NCBI GenBank assembly: GCA_038231275.1
Contig: JBBRLQ010000026.1
Location: forward strand, 47,926 to 111,925
Length of the DNA: 64,000 bases
Source of the DNA: Polyangiales bacterium
GTDB lineage: Bacteria; Myxococcota_A; Polyangia; Polyangiales; Polyangiaceae
Reading direction: 5' to 3'
The position numbers were made by a program, and so were the translations under genes. How positions within the stretch are numbered: position 1 is the first letter of the stretch; each line of letters opens with the position of its first letter. Below the pieces are notes generated by a model. The model saw only the letters and a list, made by a program, of their open reading frames with translations, ran no database searches and was not told the origin of the DNA. This document shows positions 1-12,047 of this stretch, one piece after another.

Positions 1-2
1 AC

Positions 3-995
3 TTCGGTCAGTGGCACGCCGCTCCCGCCGACCTGGCCCCGCGCGGCGCGTTCGACAGCGCAGCCTGCGCCGGCCTCGCCGGCTGGTCGCAGGATCAGAA
101 CGCGCCGACGACGGCGAACGGCGTGGAACTGTCGTTCAACGCCGCCGCGGGCGCCGCCGGATCGGAGGCTGTTCGCCTCGTCGCGTCGGTGAACCGTAAA
201 GATCTCTGCACGCCGCTCGGCTCGTGCGACCACGGCTTCACGTTCGAGATGCCGCTCGGCGTCCAAGACGGCAAACCGCACGCGGTGCACGCGTACGGCA
301 TCGACACCGCCGGCGGCCCGAGCACCGAGCTGACGGGAAGCCCCAAGTCGCTCCAGTGCCCCTACGCGACGCCGCCGCTGGACGCGACGGGCGGCATCAA
401 GCGCCACGTTCTCGATGCGGCCGCGATGAAGGCGTGGGGGTTCTCGTCGCTCCTCGATGTCGCGCCGCAACCGGACGCCGTCCTCACCGGCTTCGCGGCC
501 GGCGCGGATTGGACCGAAAAGCCCGCGTTGATCCAGGCCGACGACGGTTCGCCGTCTGTGTGGCTCCTCGACGGGAACATTCGCCGTCACGTCGTCAGCG
601 GGGCGTCCCTCGCCGCGTGGCACCGCACGTTCGCCGAGGTCGTGAAGACGCCGGCCGCCAAGGTGAACGCGTACGCGCAAGGGCCCGACCTTCCGACGAA
701 GCCGTTCCTCATGATCGGCAGCGGCCCCGCGGTGTACGTCCTCGACGCCGATCCGAGCACGCCGCCGGGCCCGGTCGATCCGGACGCCGGCGCGCCCGGT
801 GGTCCTGGAACGCCCGGTACTCCCGGGGCTCCTGGTTCCGGCGGTCCGTCGGCGAGCCCCGATCCCGGCAACGCCGATGGCGCGCACTCGAGTGGGTGCA
901 GCGCACATGGACGTGCGCCGGCGACGGACCTGGGGTGGATGCTGGGGCTCGCCGTCGCGTTGGCGACGCTCGGACGCCGTCGGCGCGCGGTCTGA
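3..995 (+). CDS. Cell-surface protein with MYXO-CTERM-type sorting signal (5'-truncated by the window edge)
   Basis: Frame is open from base 3. A Pro/Gly-rich linker is followed by SSGC-x-hydrophobic helix-RRRR (SSGCSAHG...WMLGLAVALATLGRRRRAV). Confidence 0.8.
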   Translation, partial: FGQWHAAPADLAPRGAFDSAACAGLAGWSQDQNAPTTANGVELSFNAAAGAAGSEAVRLVASVNRKDLCTPLGSCDHGFTFEMPLGVQDGKPHAVHAYGIDTAGGPSTELTGSPKSLQCPYATPPLDATGGIKRHVLDAAAMKAWGFSSLLDVAPQPDAVLTGFAAGADWTEKPALIQADDGSPSVWLLDGNIRRHVVSGASLAAWHRTFAEVVKTPAAKVNAYAQGPDLPTKPFLMIGSGPAVYVLDADPSTPPGPVDPDAGAPGGPGTPGTPGAPGSGGPSASPDPGNADGAHSSGCSAHGRAPATDLGWMLGLAVALATLGRRRRAV

Positions 996-1139
996 GCGCG
1001 ATTGCCGCGCGTCACGGCGTCAGCGCGTTGACGCGTAGGTGCGCGGGACGATGAATCTTTCGTCTTGAGGCACGCGGCGCTTAGGTCGCGGCGAGAGAGG
1101 TCGTTTTTCTTGGTGAACCCTCCGCCAAGGACTAGACCC

Positions 1140-1544
1140 ATGCCCTCCCTCTCCCCGCTCTCGAGCTTCACGTTTGCCGCATTCGTCGCCACCTTCGCCC
1201 TCGCCGGCTGCGGCGGCGCGCCGCAATCCGACGCCGAAGCCCACGCCACCGACACCGCTTCGGCGGCCCTCGCGACGCCGGCGCCCCGCGCCCACGCCGT
1301 TCACGCGGTCCACGCCGCGCCGATCGGCGACTTCGAGATTCAGCCCCCGATGCCGCCGACGCCGTTTCCCCCGCCGGCGCCCATCTGCCTCGACTTCCAT
1401 CCCTGCATGGATGGTTTCGTCTTCGACAGCTCGCCCGACGTCTGCTCCTGCGTGACCGCGCCGTGCGTGCAGTTCGCGCAGTGCATGAAGGGCTCGACCT
1501 ACGACTCGACGCCCGGCGTCTGCGCCTGCGTCTCCGCGGGCTGA
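1140..1544 (+). CDS. Small Cys-rich lipoprotein
   Basis: ATG at 1140, hydrophobic leader with lipobox LAGC, and two tandem 4-Cys repeats at the C-terminus. Confidence 0.7.
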   Translation: MPSLSPLSSFTFAAFVATFALAGCGGAPQSDAEAHATDTASAALATPAPRAHAVHAVHAAPIGDFEIQPPMPPTPFPPPAPICLDFHPCMDGFVFDSSPDVCSCVTAPCVQFAQCMKGSTYDSTPGVCACVSAG

Positions 1545-1590
1545 GCCTGCTTGCGCGCGCCGCATCGTCGTGGTGATGTGCCCGGCTCCA

Positions 1591-1794
1591 ATGAGCACAC
1601 TCATCGAGATGCAGGCCTCGCACAACGGGAGGATGCTGGAACGCGCGATTCGGCTCGACGCCGTCCCGCGCGTCGGCACGCTCGTCTTCATCCAAGGGCA
1701 CAGCAAGCACAACCTCAGGGTGAAGCAGGTGCTTTACCGCGACGGCGGCGGAATCACGCTGCTCCTCGGTGACGACGAAGAGTCGTGGACCTGA
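1591..1794 (+). CDS. Small hypothetical protein
   Basis: GC3-biased 67-aa ORF that fills the gap and overlaps the start of the next gene. Confidence 0.55.
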   Translation: MSTLIEMQASHNGRMLERAIRLDAVPRVGTLVFIQGHSKHNLRVKQVLYRDGGGITLLLGDDEESWT

Positions 1795-2366
1795 CCCACG
1801 AGGCCGCCATGAACGCCGCGATGGCGGAGGCGGAGCGTGCACGTGGCAGCACCGGCGACAACCCGTGGGTCGGTAGCGTCATCGTCGCCGGCGGACACAT
1901 CGTCGCGCGCGGCCACACGCAAGGCCCCGGCGAGGACCACGCGGAGATCGGCGCGCTGCGTGAGGCCCGTGCCGCCGGCGTCGCCCTGACGAGCGCGGTG
2001 CTCTACTCGACCCTCGAGCCATGCTCGTTCCACGGCCGGACGCCCGCGTGCGCGAAGGTCATCGCCGAGAGCGGCGTCCGCACGCTCGTCACCGGCATTC
2101 GCGATCCGAACCCGCGAGTCGACGGCGCCGGCGTGGCCATCGTGCGCGCGGCCGGCGTCGAGGTCGTCGAGGACGTGTGCGATGCGGCCATCCGCCTCCA
2201 GCTCGGCGCGTGGATCGTGCATTTCCATCCGCACGAACCGCTGAGGCGCGCCCGCGCGATGCTCCCGCTGGCCGACGACGCGATGGCAGACGCGCTCCGG
2301 AGCGTCTATGGCGTCGACATCGCGACCGCCCGCGACCTCGCACGACGCGCGCGCGCCGTGTCGTGA
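1785..2366 (+). CDS. RibD-like zinc deaminase (deaminase domain only)
   Basis: NPWVG, HAE and TLEPCSFHGRTPAC zinc motifs and DPNP. No reductase domain. Confidence 0.85.
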   Translation: MDLTHEAAMNAAMAEAERARGSTGDNPWVGSVIVAGGHIVARGHTQGPGEDHAEIGALREARAAGVALTSAVLYSTLEPCSFHGRTPACAKVIAESGVRTLVTGIRDPNPRVDGAGVAIVRAAGVEVVEDVCDAAIRLQLGAWIVHFHPHEPLRRARAMLPLADDAMADALRSVYGVDIATARDLARRARAVS

Positions 2367-2386
2367 CGCGGTCCTTCGCCTCGCCT

Positions 2387-2805
2387 CTACGCCCGTCGCT
2401 GCGCGAGGTAGGCGGTCACGCCGCCGAAGATGTGGATCAAGATCTTGATCCCTTGCAGCACCACGAAGAGCCCCCCACCGGATCCGATTTGGATGACCGC
2501 CGAGATGGCTCCGATGCCGTGGAGCCACATGATCCGGCGCGCCGCGGCGGGGTCGCCTTTGAAGATCTGAACCCCTCGCACGGCGTAGAGGACGATGAGC
2601 AGATCGGGAGGATCGTCTGGAACCCCGACACCGATCCGTGAGCGGCGCCGAGCCCGATGAGCAGCGTGAGTCCCGCCCAGTATGCGCTCGCGAGGCCGGC
2701 GCCGACCGCGGCGAGCACGAACATCGTACGATCGGGCGGCGGTCCGCCGGGCGCATACGGAAGCGGGCCTTGTGCGTTCGGGGGCTGGTAAGGGTTCGGG
2801 TTCAT
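2387..2805 (-). pseudogene. Membrane protein split by a 1-nt frameshift (about 139 aa if repaired)
   Basis: N-terminal half (NPYQPP motif and TM helix) and C-terminal half (TM helices) lie in different frames. The minus strand reads CCG ATC TG CTC ATC GTC CTC TAC at ~2600. Confidence 0.75.
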
Positions 2806-4061
2806 CGGTGGGCCGCGCCGATGCTATCCGACGCCGGGGAGCGTGGGGTCTGCGTCGTCAGCCATTTTTTGAGGACATCGTAGACCTCCGGCCGCGACAG
2901 CAGATCCAGGTGACCGACGCCGTAGGCGATCCATCGGTGGGTCTCCGGGAAGTCGAGCGCGAGATCGCCGTTCGCATGGCGGCCGAGGGCGCTTTCGACG
3001 GGGACGAGCCCGTCGCTGGCGAGGCTCGTGGCGGGCGCGGGCGTCGTCGTTCCGGCGATCGCGAAGCAGCGGACACCGTCCGGGAGCGCGAGGCGCCGGC
3101 GAGAATCGCGTCCATGCGCGAAGCGATCACGCCCCTCCCAGTGCTCGTCGAGGACGTAGCCGAATCGGAGATCGGTGACGCCGGCGCTGCGGAGCCGGCC
3201 GAGCCGCGACAGGGGCACGCTGTAGCGACTCACGCCGAGCAGGACGTCGATCATGTTGCCGCCGCGCTCGAGCGGCGCGCCGTGGTGCGGCGTTCCGATG
3301 CACGCGAGCGCGGTCAGCTTGGCGCGCCAGGCGTACTTCGCCGACTCCGCGGCGTGGCAGGCGCTTCGCGCGACGAGACCGCCCATGCTGTGCCCGACCA
3401 GCACGATCTCCTCGATGCGCACGGGCCAGGACGCGCAGAGGCGCTCGAGCATCTCGGCGAGCTCGCGCCCGTTCGTCGATACGTGCAGACCGGAGTTGTA
3501 CCGGGAGTACACCGCGGTGAGCCCCAAATCGCGCGCGAGGGCGGCGCCGTGATCGTGCCCTGCGCGTAGCCATTGCCCATCGTTCATGCTCGACCCGTGC
3601 ACGAGCACGACGACCCGCGCGCCTGCGTCCGGCAAGGCGCCCCGGAGCGCGGCGGGGTCGAGGTCGAGCGCTTCGCCAGAGACGCAGAACGCCATCGGCG
3701 TCGCGAGCGGGTTGCCCGTCTCGACGAGGTAGTCGCCGATGACGCCGTTCAGCACCGCAACGACGGCCGCGCGCTCGGGTCCAGGCACGCTCTCGCCGAG
3801 GAGCGGCGCGAGCTGCGTCAGCGTGAGATCGATCGCGGCGCCGACCGCGTGCGTCACGCCGCGAATGCTCCCGTACACGAGGCCGGTGAGCACGCGCACG
3901 GGACCATCGAGCGGGCGCCCCAAGAGATCGGGCCCCGCCGCGATCGTGCGATGCATCGCCTCGACGATGCCCGTCACCCTCTTCGTCGCGTCCACGACGA
4001 GGCGACTCGCGCCGCGAAGATCGCCCGCGTGGGAGCGCTTGGATTTTCGCTTCTTGGTCAC
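2802..4061 (-). CDS. Alpha/beta hydrolase, PGAP1/lipase-like
   Basis: GHSMGG nucleophile elbow, GTPHHGAPLE, DGLVP, and C-terminal GHLDLL. Confidence 0.85.
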   Translation of the reverse strand: MTKKRKSKRSHAGDLRGASRLVVDATKRVTGIVEAMHRTIAAGPDLLGRPLDGPVRVLTGLVYGSIRGVTHAVGAAIDLTLTQLAPLLGESVPGPERAAVVAVLNGVIGDYLVETGNPLATPMAFCVSGEALDLDPAALRGALPDAGARVVVLVHGSSMNDGQWLRAGHDHGAALARDLGLTAVYSRYNSGLHVSTNGRELAEMLERLCASWPVRIEEIVLVGHSMGGLVARSACHAAESAKYAWRAKLTALACIGTPHHGAPLERGGNMIDVLLGVSRYSVPLSRLGRLRSAGVTDLRFGYVLDEHWEGRDRFAHGRDSRRRLALPDGVRCFAIAGTTTPAPATSLASDGLVPVESALGRHANGDLALDFPETHRWIAYGVGHLDLLSRPEVYDVLKKWLTTQTPRSPASDSIGAAHR

Positions 4062-4068
4062 TCGGCCC

Positions 4069-5259
4069 TCAGCGTGCCTCGACCGCGATCGCCGCGTCGA
4101 GCGCGCTCATCGCGCGATCGAGCTCGGCCTCGGTGTTGTAGTGCACGGCCGACACGCGCACGACGCCGGCCGGGGCGAGTCCCAGCGCGTCGACGAGGCG
4201 TTTCGCGTAAAAGTCCCCGTGGCGGATTCCCACGCCGCACGGATCCACGCGGCGCACGATCGCCTCGGGCGACGCCCCGTCCACCGTGAAGCCGATCGTG
4301 GGCACCCGCCGCGCGCGATCGGCGACGGTGTCGCCCCACACGCGCGCGCCGCGGACGCCCGCGAGCCACCCGAGCAGGCGCGCGGAGAGGCGCTCTTCGT
4401 GTTCGGCGATCCGCGCGAACGCCTCTCGTTTGCCGCCGAGCGCGCCAACGTACTCGTAAATTCCGCCGAGCCCGTGCGACAGCTCGTAATTCACGTTGCC
4501 GGGCTGCAGCTTGTACGGGACCTCGTCGATGAACCCGTGGTTGATCCCGGCGAGCCGCTCGAGAAGCGCGCGCTTGCCGAAGAGCACGGCCATGTGCGGC
4601 CCGTACACCTTGTAGAAGCTGAAGACATAGTAGTCGACGTCCCACGCCGCGACATCGACCTCGCGGTGCGGCGCGAAGGCCACACCGTCGACGCACACCT
4701 TGGCGCCGTGCGCGTGCGCGAGGCGGGTCAGCGCGGAGACGTCATGGATGCTCCCGAGGACGTTCGAGACATGGGGGAACGCGACGAGGCGCGTGCGCTT
4801 CGTCAGGAGCGGCGCGAGCCCGCGCTCTTCGAGGCGCAGCGTCTCGGGATCCAGTGGCCACACCTTGATGACGACCCCGCGCGACGCGAGGCGCGTCCAC
4901 GGTCCCACGTTCGCTTCGTGATCGGCCTCCGTCGTCACGATCTCGTCGCCGGGCGAGAGCTCCGCCTCCATCGCACGCGAGAGGTTCTGGAGGAGCTGCG
5001 TCGTCGACGCGCCGAGGACGATCTCCCCCTCCGCCGCCCCCATGTACCGCGCCGTCTCGCGCGCGGCCTCGTCGACGCGCGCCGTCGAGATCTCGGAAAT
5101 CGCATACGAGGCGCCGAGCTGCACGTTGCTCGTGAGCAGGTAGTCGCGAATGCGATCGGCGACGCGTCCGAGCGTCTGCGAGCCGCCCGCGTTGTCCAAG
5201 AAGACGTAGCCGGCGGAGAGCGCGGGGAACTGCGCGCGGACGAAGTCGAGATCGAGCAC
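4069..5259 (-). CDS. Cysteine desulfurase-like PLP enzyme (aminotransferase class V)
   Basis: FLDNAGGSQ, DHEANV, DGVAFAPH, FSFYK (PLP lysine) and VRVSAVHYN. No catalytic Cys is visible in GIRHGDFYA. Confidence 0.85.
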   Translation of the reverse strand: MLDLDFVRAQFPALSAGYVFLDNAGGSQTLGRVADRIRDYLLTSNVQLGASYAISEISTARVDEAARETARYMGAAEGEIVLGASTTQLLQNLSRAMEAELSPGDEIVTTEADHEANVGPWTRLASRGVVIKVWPLDPETLRLEERGLAPLLTKRTRLVAFPHVSNVLGSIHDVSALTRLAHAHGAKVCVDGVAFAPHREVDVAAWDVDYYVFSFYKVYGPHMAVLFGKRALLERLAGINHGFIDEVPYKLQPGNVNYELSHGLGGIYEYVGALGGKREAFARIAEHEERLSARLLGWLAGVRGARVWGDTVADRARRVPTIGFTVDGASPEAIVRRVDPCGVGIRHGDFYAKRLVDALGLAPAGVVRVSAVHYNTEAELDRAMSALDAAIAVEAR

Positions 5260-5292
5260 GACGGCAGTACAGCACGACTCGCGGGAGCAGTC

Positions 5293-8200
5293 TCAGCGCG
5301 CGCGGAAGACCTCGCGCCCGCCATGCATCACGAAGTCCATCTCCGCAGCGACACCGAACGTGGTCCTCACCGGCGTGGTCGGAAGCCCCAGCTCCGCCGC
5401 GAGCGGGTGGCTGTCGTAATCGCAGACGGTCACTTCGTGGGGCGACAGAATCGGCCGCCAGCTACGCATCGCCGTTACGCTGGCCTCGGCCTCGACAATC
5501 GCCTGGTACGCCGCGCGACCGCCCTCCCCGGCCTGCCGGAACTGCTTCAGGAAGACGAGGTTCATCGTCGCGTCCACGAACCGCTTGGCGACGAGGTCGC
5601 GGACGGCCGACGCGAGCTCGAGGTCGGGTCCCGCGCGCTTGGCGATCGAGAGGAGTGTGCCTCGCTCGACGGTGGCGTCGGGGGCGTAGCGCCTCAGCAC
5701 GGGACCGCGCACGTCGAGCCGTGTGAGCCCGCCGCTCCCGCGCGTCACGTCGACGTCCACGACGCTCTTGGCGAAGCCGAAGATCTCGCGACCTGCCGCC
5801 ATCGCCGCGCCGCTGTCGACGAACACGTACGGCAAGAACCACGAGAGGCGCCGCGCACCCGAGACGCGCGAGAAGATCGGGACCCACACCGACACGTCGA
5901 TCTCCGGCATTCCGCCGCGGCGCGCGTGCTCCGGGTCGAGCGACGCGACGCGCGCTGTGAAGGCGCTGACGACGAACGCGAACGGGGCCGCCACCTCGTA
6001 CCTCAGCGCGCCCTTCGTCGGAGCCTCCAGGTAGCGGTGGACGAGCGCCTGCATCTTCCCTTCGTCGGCGCGGATCGCGAACGCGTCGAGCTGGACGCTC
6101 TGCATGGCGTACGGCGGACGGAGCACCATTTCGTCGGGCCGGTCCACGTACGCCGGGCCGCTCGTCACGCGCTCGCGGGCGACCGCCGACGCGGCGCGGA
6201 GCCACGCGGGCTCGCCGAAGACGTGCGCGGGCTCGCCGATCACCGCACGCGCCGCCTGGAGCCCGCTCATGGCCGCCGCCTCGATGCATCCTGCGTCGAA
6301 GCCGGTTCGCGTCCAGTCGCCGCACACGACGAGGTTCTCGAAGCCCGTGTCGTGAGCGGGCAAGCGGTGCTTCGTGGTTCCGGCGACGGACAAGACGTAA
6401 CGACCGGAAGGATCGGTGTTCGCACGCACGAAATGCGCCGTGAGCCGCGCCTCGCCGCACCGCTCCTCGACGTCGTGGAGCGTCGTCCAGTCGATCCCGC
6501 CGCGCGCGTCGGCGCCCTTGGGAAAGAGGTGTCCAGCGTGACGCGAGAGCCACGTGCCGGCGGCGTCCACGACCCGGGCGTGCTCGCGCGCGTGGTCCTC
6601 CGGCGTATCGGTGATCGGTGCGGCGCTCGTGTCGTAGGGACCACAAAAATACGCCAAATGCTTCACGCCGTCGTCGCGCGTCCACGACTCACGCGGCAAG
6701 AGGTGCGTCATGTCCGCCCACGTGTCGAACGGCTCGGCGTAGGTGCCGAGAACCGGCGGGGGCTTGGTCCAGCCGAGGTGCTCCAGGTCGCGCTTCAGCC
6801 ACAGTTGCATCGCGAGCGTCTTCGTCGTCCTCACGTTGTCGAGCATCGCGCGCCAGCGGGGCTCGGCCGCGGCGAGCTCCTCGCAAATGGGCGCCAGCGC
6901 GCCGTGGGAGATTCCGAGGACCACCCGATCGAAGTCACGCCCACGCGCGAGCTCTCGCTCCTCCGCGGCCGGCCAATCGAGCGACCAACTGGCAGGCCGC
7001 ACGCCGAGACGAGAGAGAGCGTCTCCCTCTTCCAGCTGCTCGTAGAGCGGCGCCTCCGGCCAGCACGCGAGACCTCCGACGTCGACGAGCGGCCGGTACT
7101 CGCCGTCCTTCACGCGCGCTTGGCGAGCGACGGTGACGCGGTCGATCGAGCGCCCGTCCGTTGCGACGCCGAGCCGCATCACTGTGTGGAAGAATTCGAA
7201 GCGGACCCCCCGTTTCTGAAGAACCTCGTAGAGCGGCGTGAACACGGTCTCGCCCATGCCCGCTTGCATCTTGTAATAGATGGCGCCGCGGTACCCGAGG
7301 AACATCCTCAGCGTCCCGAGCAGCGCTGTACCTGCGCCGGCGCCGTCGTCCCAGCTGAACGCGAGGTTGTAGAGGCCGCGGACCAACGACGAGCCGAGCG
7401 TCAGCTTCGATGCGCCATGCCGCTTCAGCCACGCGCGGTACTCCTCGTCGTCGAGCGCCGCAAAGTCCGCGTCGCGCGCGGTGAGGCCTTCGCGGATCAT
7501 GCCGACGAGGTTCGTCGAGAAGAAGTCGATCATGATCCAAAGGCGGCGGGACGTGTCGTCCTTCGCGAGATCGTCCTCGAGCAGGCGCGCCGCGCGTCGC
7601 GCGAACGCCGTCAGTACGTTCGCCGCCCATCGCCACGGCCCCGTCGCGCCTGCATCTTCGCTCGTCGCGCCCTCGCCCGCTGCCCACGCGAGGAGCTGCC
7701 GAACGCCGCGGTACGACGCCACGCCGAGCGTGACGCCGAGGCCCGCCGCGCCGAGGTTTACGAGCGCCGCCGCTTCCTCGAGCGAGTCCGCGAGCTCGCC
7801 GAGCCCCCGCCGCTTCTCGCCGTCGCGTTCGGACAGGCCCTCCCGCGCCCACGCGCGCAGATGGTGGCTCAGGTGCTTGAAGCCGAGGAGCAGGTAGTCG
7901 CGAGGGCCCGGCGGCTCGCGCCCGTCGCCCGGGACCTCGGCGTTCTCCGGCGCCGCGAAGTGCCAGTGCCGCCAGCCCTCGCGCGTCTCCTCCTCGAGCG
8001 TGATGAAGCTGTGCTTCTTGAACGCGTCCTCCCACGTCGCGAGCGGCGCCGACGGCGGGCGCGCGAGCTCGTCGTAGCAACCGCGCATGACCTGGAACGC
8101 GTTCTCGTAGAAGCCCATCCAGATGTGTAGCCCGTGCTCCTCGATGCGATCGTGGTGCGCGCGGTTGCGGACGCTCGCTCCCTTGCCGCCGAGCAGCCAG

Positions 8201-8376
8201 CCGTCCTGATAGACCGTGACCTCGTAGCGCTCCTTCCAGTCGGGGGCGCGTGTGAGGGCGAAGGCGGCGGTGAGTGCTCCCATGCCGCCACCGAGGACGG
8301 CGACCTTCTCGCGACGTTGCACGCCGTGCACCACTGCACGCCGCGGACCATGCGCAGGTGCCTCATTTTCGGCCAT
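5293..8376 (-). CDS. FAD/NAD(P)-binding oxidoreductase fused to a C-terminal acetoacetate-decarboxylase-like domain
   Basis: VLGGGMGAL dinucleotide motif, LGGKGAS, EEHGLHIW and GDWT...GCIEAA in the flavoprotein part, and GREIFGFAK in the C-terminal domain. Start uncertain (ATG 8376 or GTG ~8330). Confidence 0.75.
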   Translation of the reverse strand: MAENEAPAHGPRRAVVHGVQRREKVAVLGGGMGALTAAFALTRAPDWKERYEVTVYQDGWLLGGKGASVRNRAHHDRIEEHGLHIWMGFYENAFQVMRGCYDELARPPSAPLATWEDAFKKHSFITLEEETREGWRHWHFAAPENAEVPGDGREPPGPRDYLLLGFKHLSHHLRAWAREGLSERDGEKRRGLGELADSLEEAAALVNLGAAGLGVTLGVASYRGVRQLLAWAAGEGATSEDAGATGPWRWAANVLTAFARRAARLLEDDLAKDDTSRRLWIMIDFFSTNLVGMIREGLTARDADFAALDDEEYRAWLKRHGASKLTLGSSLVRGLYNLAFSWDDGAGAGTALLGTLRMFLGYRGAIYYKMQAGMGETVFTPLYEVLQKRGVRFEFFHTVMRLGVATDGRSIDRVTVARQARVKDGEYRPLVDVGGLACWPEAPLYEQLEEGDALSRLGVRPASWSLDWPAAEERELARGRDFDRVVLGISHGALAPICEELAAAEPRWRAMLDNVRTTKTLAMQLWLKRDLEHLGWTKPPPVLGTYAEPFDTWADMTHLLPRESWTRDDGVKHLAYFCGPYDTSAAPITDTPEDHAREHARVVDAAGTWLSRHAGHLFPKGADARGGIDWTTLHDVEERCGEARLTAHFVRANTDPSGRYVLSVAGTTKHRLPAHDTGFENLVVCGDWTRTGFDAGCIEAAAMSGLQAARAVIGEPAHVFGEPAWLRAASAVARERVTSGPAYVDRPDEMVLRPPYAMQSVQLDAFAIRADEGKMQALVHRYLEAPTKGALRYEVAAPFAFVVSAFTARVASLDPEHARRGGMPEIDVSVWVPIFSRVSGARRLSWFLPYVFVDSGAAMAAGREIFGFAKSVVDVDVTRGSGGLTRLDVRGPVLRRYAPDATVERGTLLSIAKRAGPDLELASAVRDLVAKRFVDATMNLVFLKQFRQAGEGGRAAYQAIVEAEASVTAMRSWRPILSPHEVTVCDYDSHPLAAELGLPTTPVRTTFGVAAEMDFVMHGGREVFRAR

Positions 8377-8494
8377 TCGTGATGCAGGGGGTGCACAGTG
8401 CACACGTTCGCTCCTGCACGCGGAGTGCTCCGGGTGCGCGTGGCGCGCCCTTTTGGCGGTCGCCCGCGCGTCCGTGCCGTAAGCTAGGAGAGCG

Positions 8495-9694
8495 ATGCGG
8501 CATCCCTCGATCTGGCTCGTGCTCGTGGCCGCCCCAATGGCGGCGGCGTTCGTCGCCAGCGGATGCGGCTCTTCTTCGCACGGCGACGCAACGCCCGGGG
8601 ACGCAGGCAACGACGCGCCGATTGTCACCCCGCCGCCTCCTCCCCCTCCCCCTCCCCCTCCGCCGACCGATGGATCCTCCGCGCTCGACTGCGCGACCGA
8701 TCTCGCGGCGGACGGCGTTTACGCGCATCTCCAATGCGCGGGCCTCTACACGGATTTCGCGGCGAAGACGCTCGCGAGCGACGCGCGCGCGTACGTGCCG
8801 GCGCTCCAGCTCTGGGCCGACGGCGCCACGAAGCAGCGCTGGCTCCAGCTCCCCGCCGGCCAGAAGATCGACTCGTCGGACATGGACGAGTGGGTCTTTC
8901 CGAACGGCACGAAGGTGTGGAAAGAGTTCTCGCTCGACGGCAAGCGAATCGAGACGCGCCTCTATTCGAAATCGGCGACCGGGAGCTGGCGCCACACGAC
9001 CTACCGCTGGAACGCCACCGACACCGACGCCGTGCGAAATGAGGTCGGCGAGCTCGTCGCGCGTGACGGCGGCGCCGAGGGGGGCGCTCCGCCGTACCAG
9101 GTCCCGACCGCCAACGAGTGCAACGACTGCCACGGCGGCCGCAAAGATCGCCTCCTCGGCCTCGAGCCCGTGAACCTCGGGATGCCTGGCGCGCAGGGGA
9201 TCACGCTCGCGTCACTCGTCGCCGAGGGCTTGCTCACGAACGCGCCGCCCGCCACGACCCTCGCGTTTCCCGAGGACACGTCGGGGAAAGCCGCCGCCGC
9301 GCTGGGGTGGCTGCACGTCTCGTGCGGCCCGTGCCACAACCGCTCGCGCGACGCGAACGCGCAGAACAGCAACATCCGCCTGCTCACGATGATGAGCCAA
9401 CTCGCGGGCGCCGACGCCGGTGCCGACGGAGGTCCGGTACCCGTCACCGCCCTCGACGCGTACCTCACCACCGTGGACCGCGTCTCGCCGACGCCAATCC
9501 CCGGCGGCGACGGCGGCACGTCCTACGTGATCAAGCGCGGCGATCCCTCGGTGAGCCTCGCCGCCTACCTCGCGGGCCACCGGGTCGGCCCCGCCGGGAC
9601 TCCGAACCAAAAGCAGCAGATGCCGCCCATCGTCACGCGCGTCCTCGACGGCGCGCACCAGAAGCTCGACGATTGGATCGTCGTGATCCCCTGA
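8495..9694 (+). CDS. Di-heme c-type cytochrome lipoprotein (SO2930-like)
   Basis: Lipobox ASGC, poly-Pro linker, LWADGATKQRW and FPNGT...KEF, CNDCH and CGPCH heme motifs, and distal QMPP. Confidence 0.8.
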   Translation: MRHPSIWLVLVAAPMAAAFVASGCGSSSHGDATPGDAGNDAPIVTPPPPPPPPPPPPTDGSSALDCATDLAADGVYAHLQCAGLYTDFAAKTLASDARAYVPALQLWADGATKQRWLQLPAGQKIDSSDMDEWVFPNGTKVWKEFSLDGKRIETRLYSKSATGSWRHTTYRWNATDTDAVRNEVGELVARDGGAEGGAPPYQVPTANECNDCHGGRKDRLLGLEPVNLGMPGAQGITLASLVAEGLLTNAPPATTLAFPEDTSGKAAAALGWLHVSCGPCHNRSRDANAQNSNIRLLTMMSQLAGADAGADGGPVPVTALDAYLTTVDRVSPTPIPGGDGGTSYVIKRGDPSVSLAAYLAGHRVGPAGTPNQKQQMPPIVTRVLDGAHQKLDDWIVVIP

Positions 9695-9727
9695 GAGCGA
9701 CCGCTTCTTTTTCGCGACTCGTTGCCG

Positions 9728-12010
<2,283 letters not shown>

Positions 12011-12047
12011 CGACCGTCGCGTTTAGCACGTCCGCTCGCCGGCGACG

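Noticed and set aside
3739..8130. 1463-aa plus-strand ORF
   Set aside because: Antisense shadow of three motif-bearing minus-strand genes. Long stop-free frames are expected at this GC content and it has no recognisable motifs.
8629..8665. C-rich tandem repeat
   Set aside because: It simply encodes the poly-Pro linker of the cytochrome lipoprotein.
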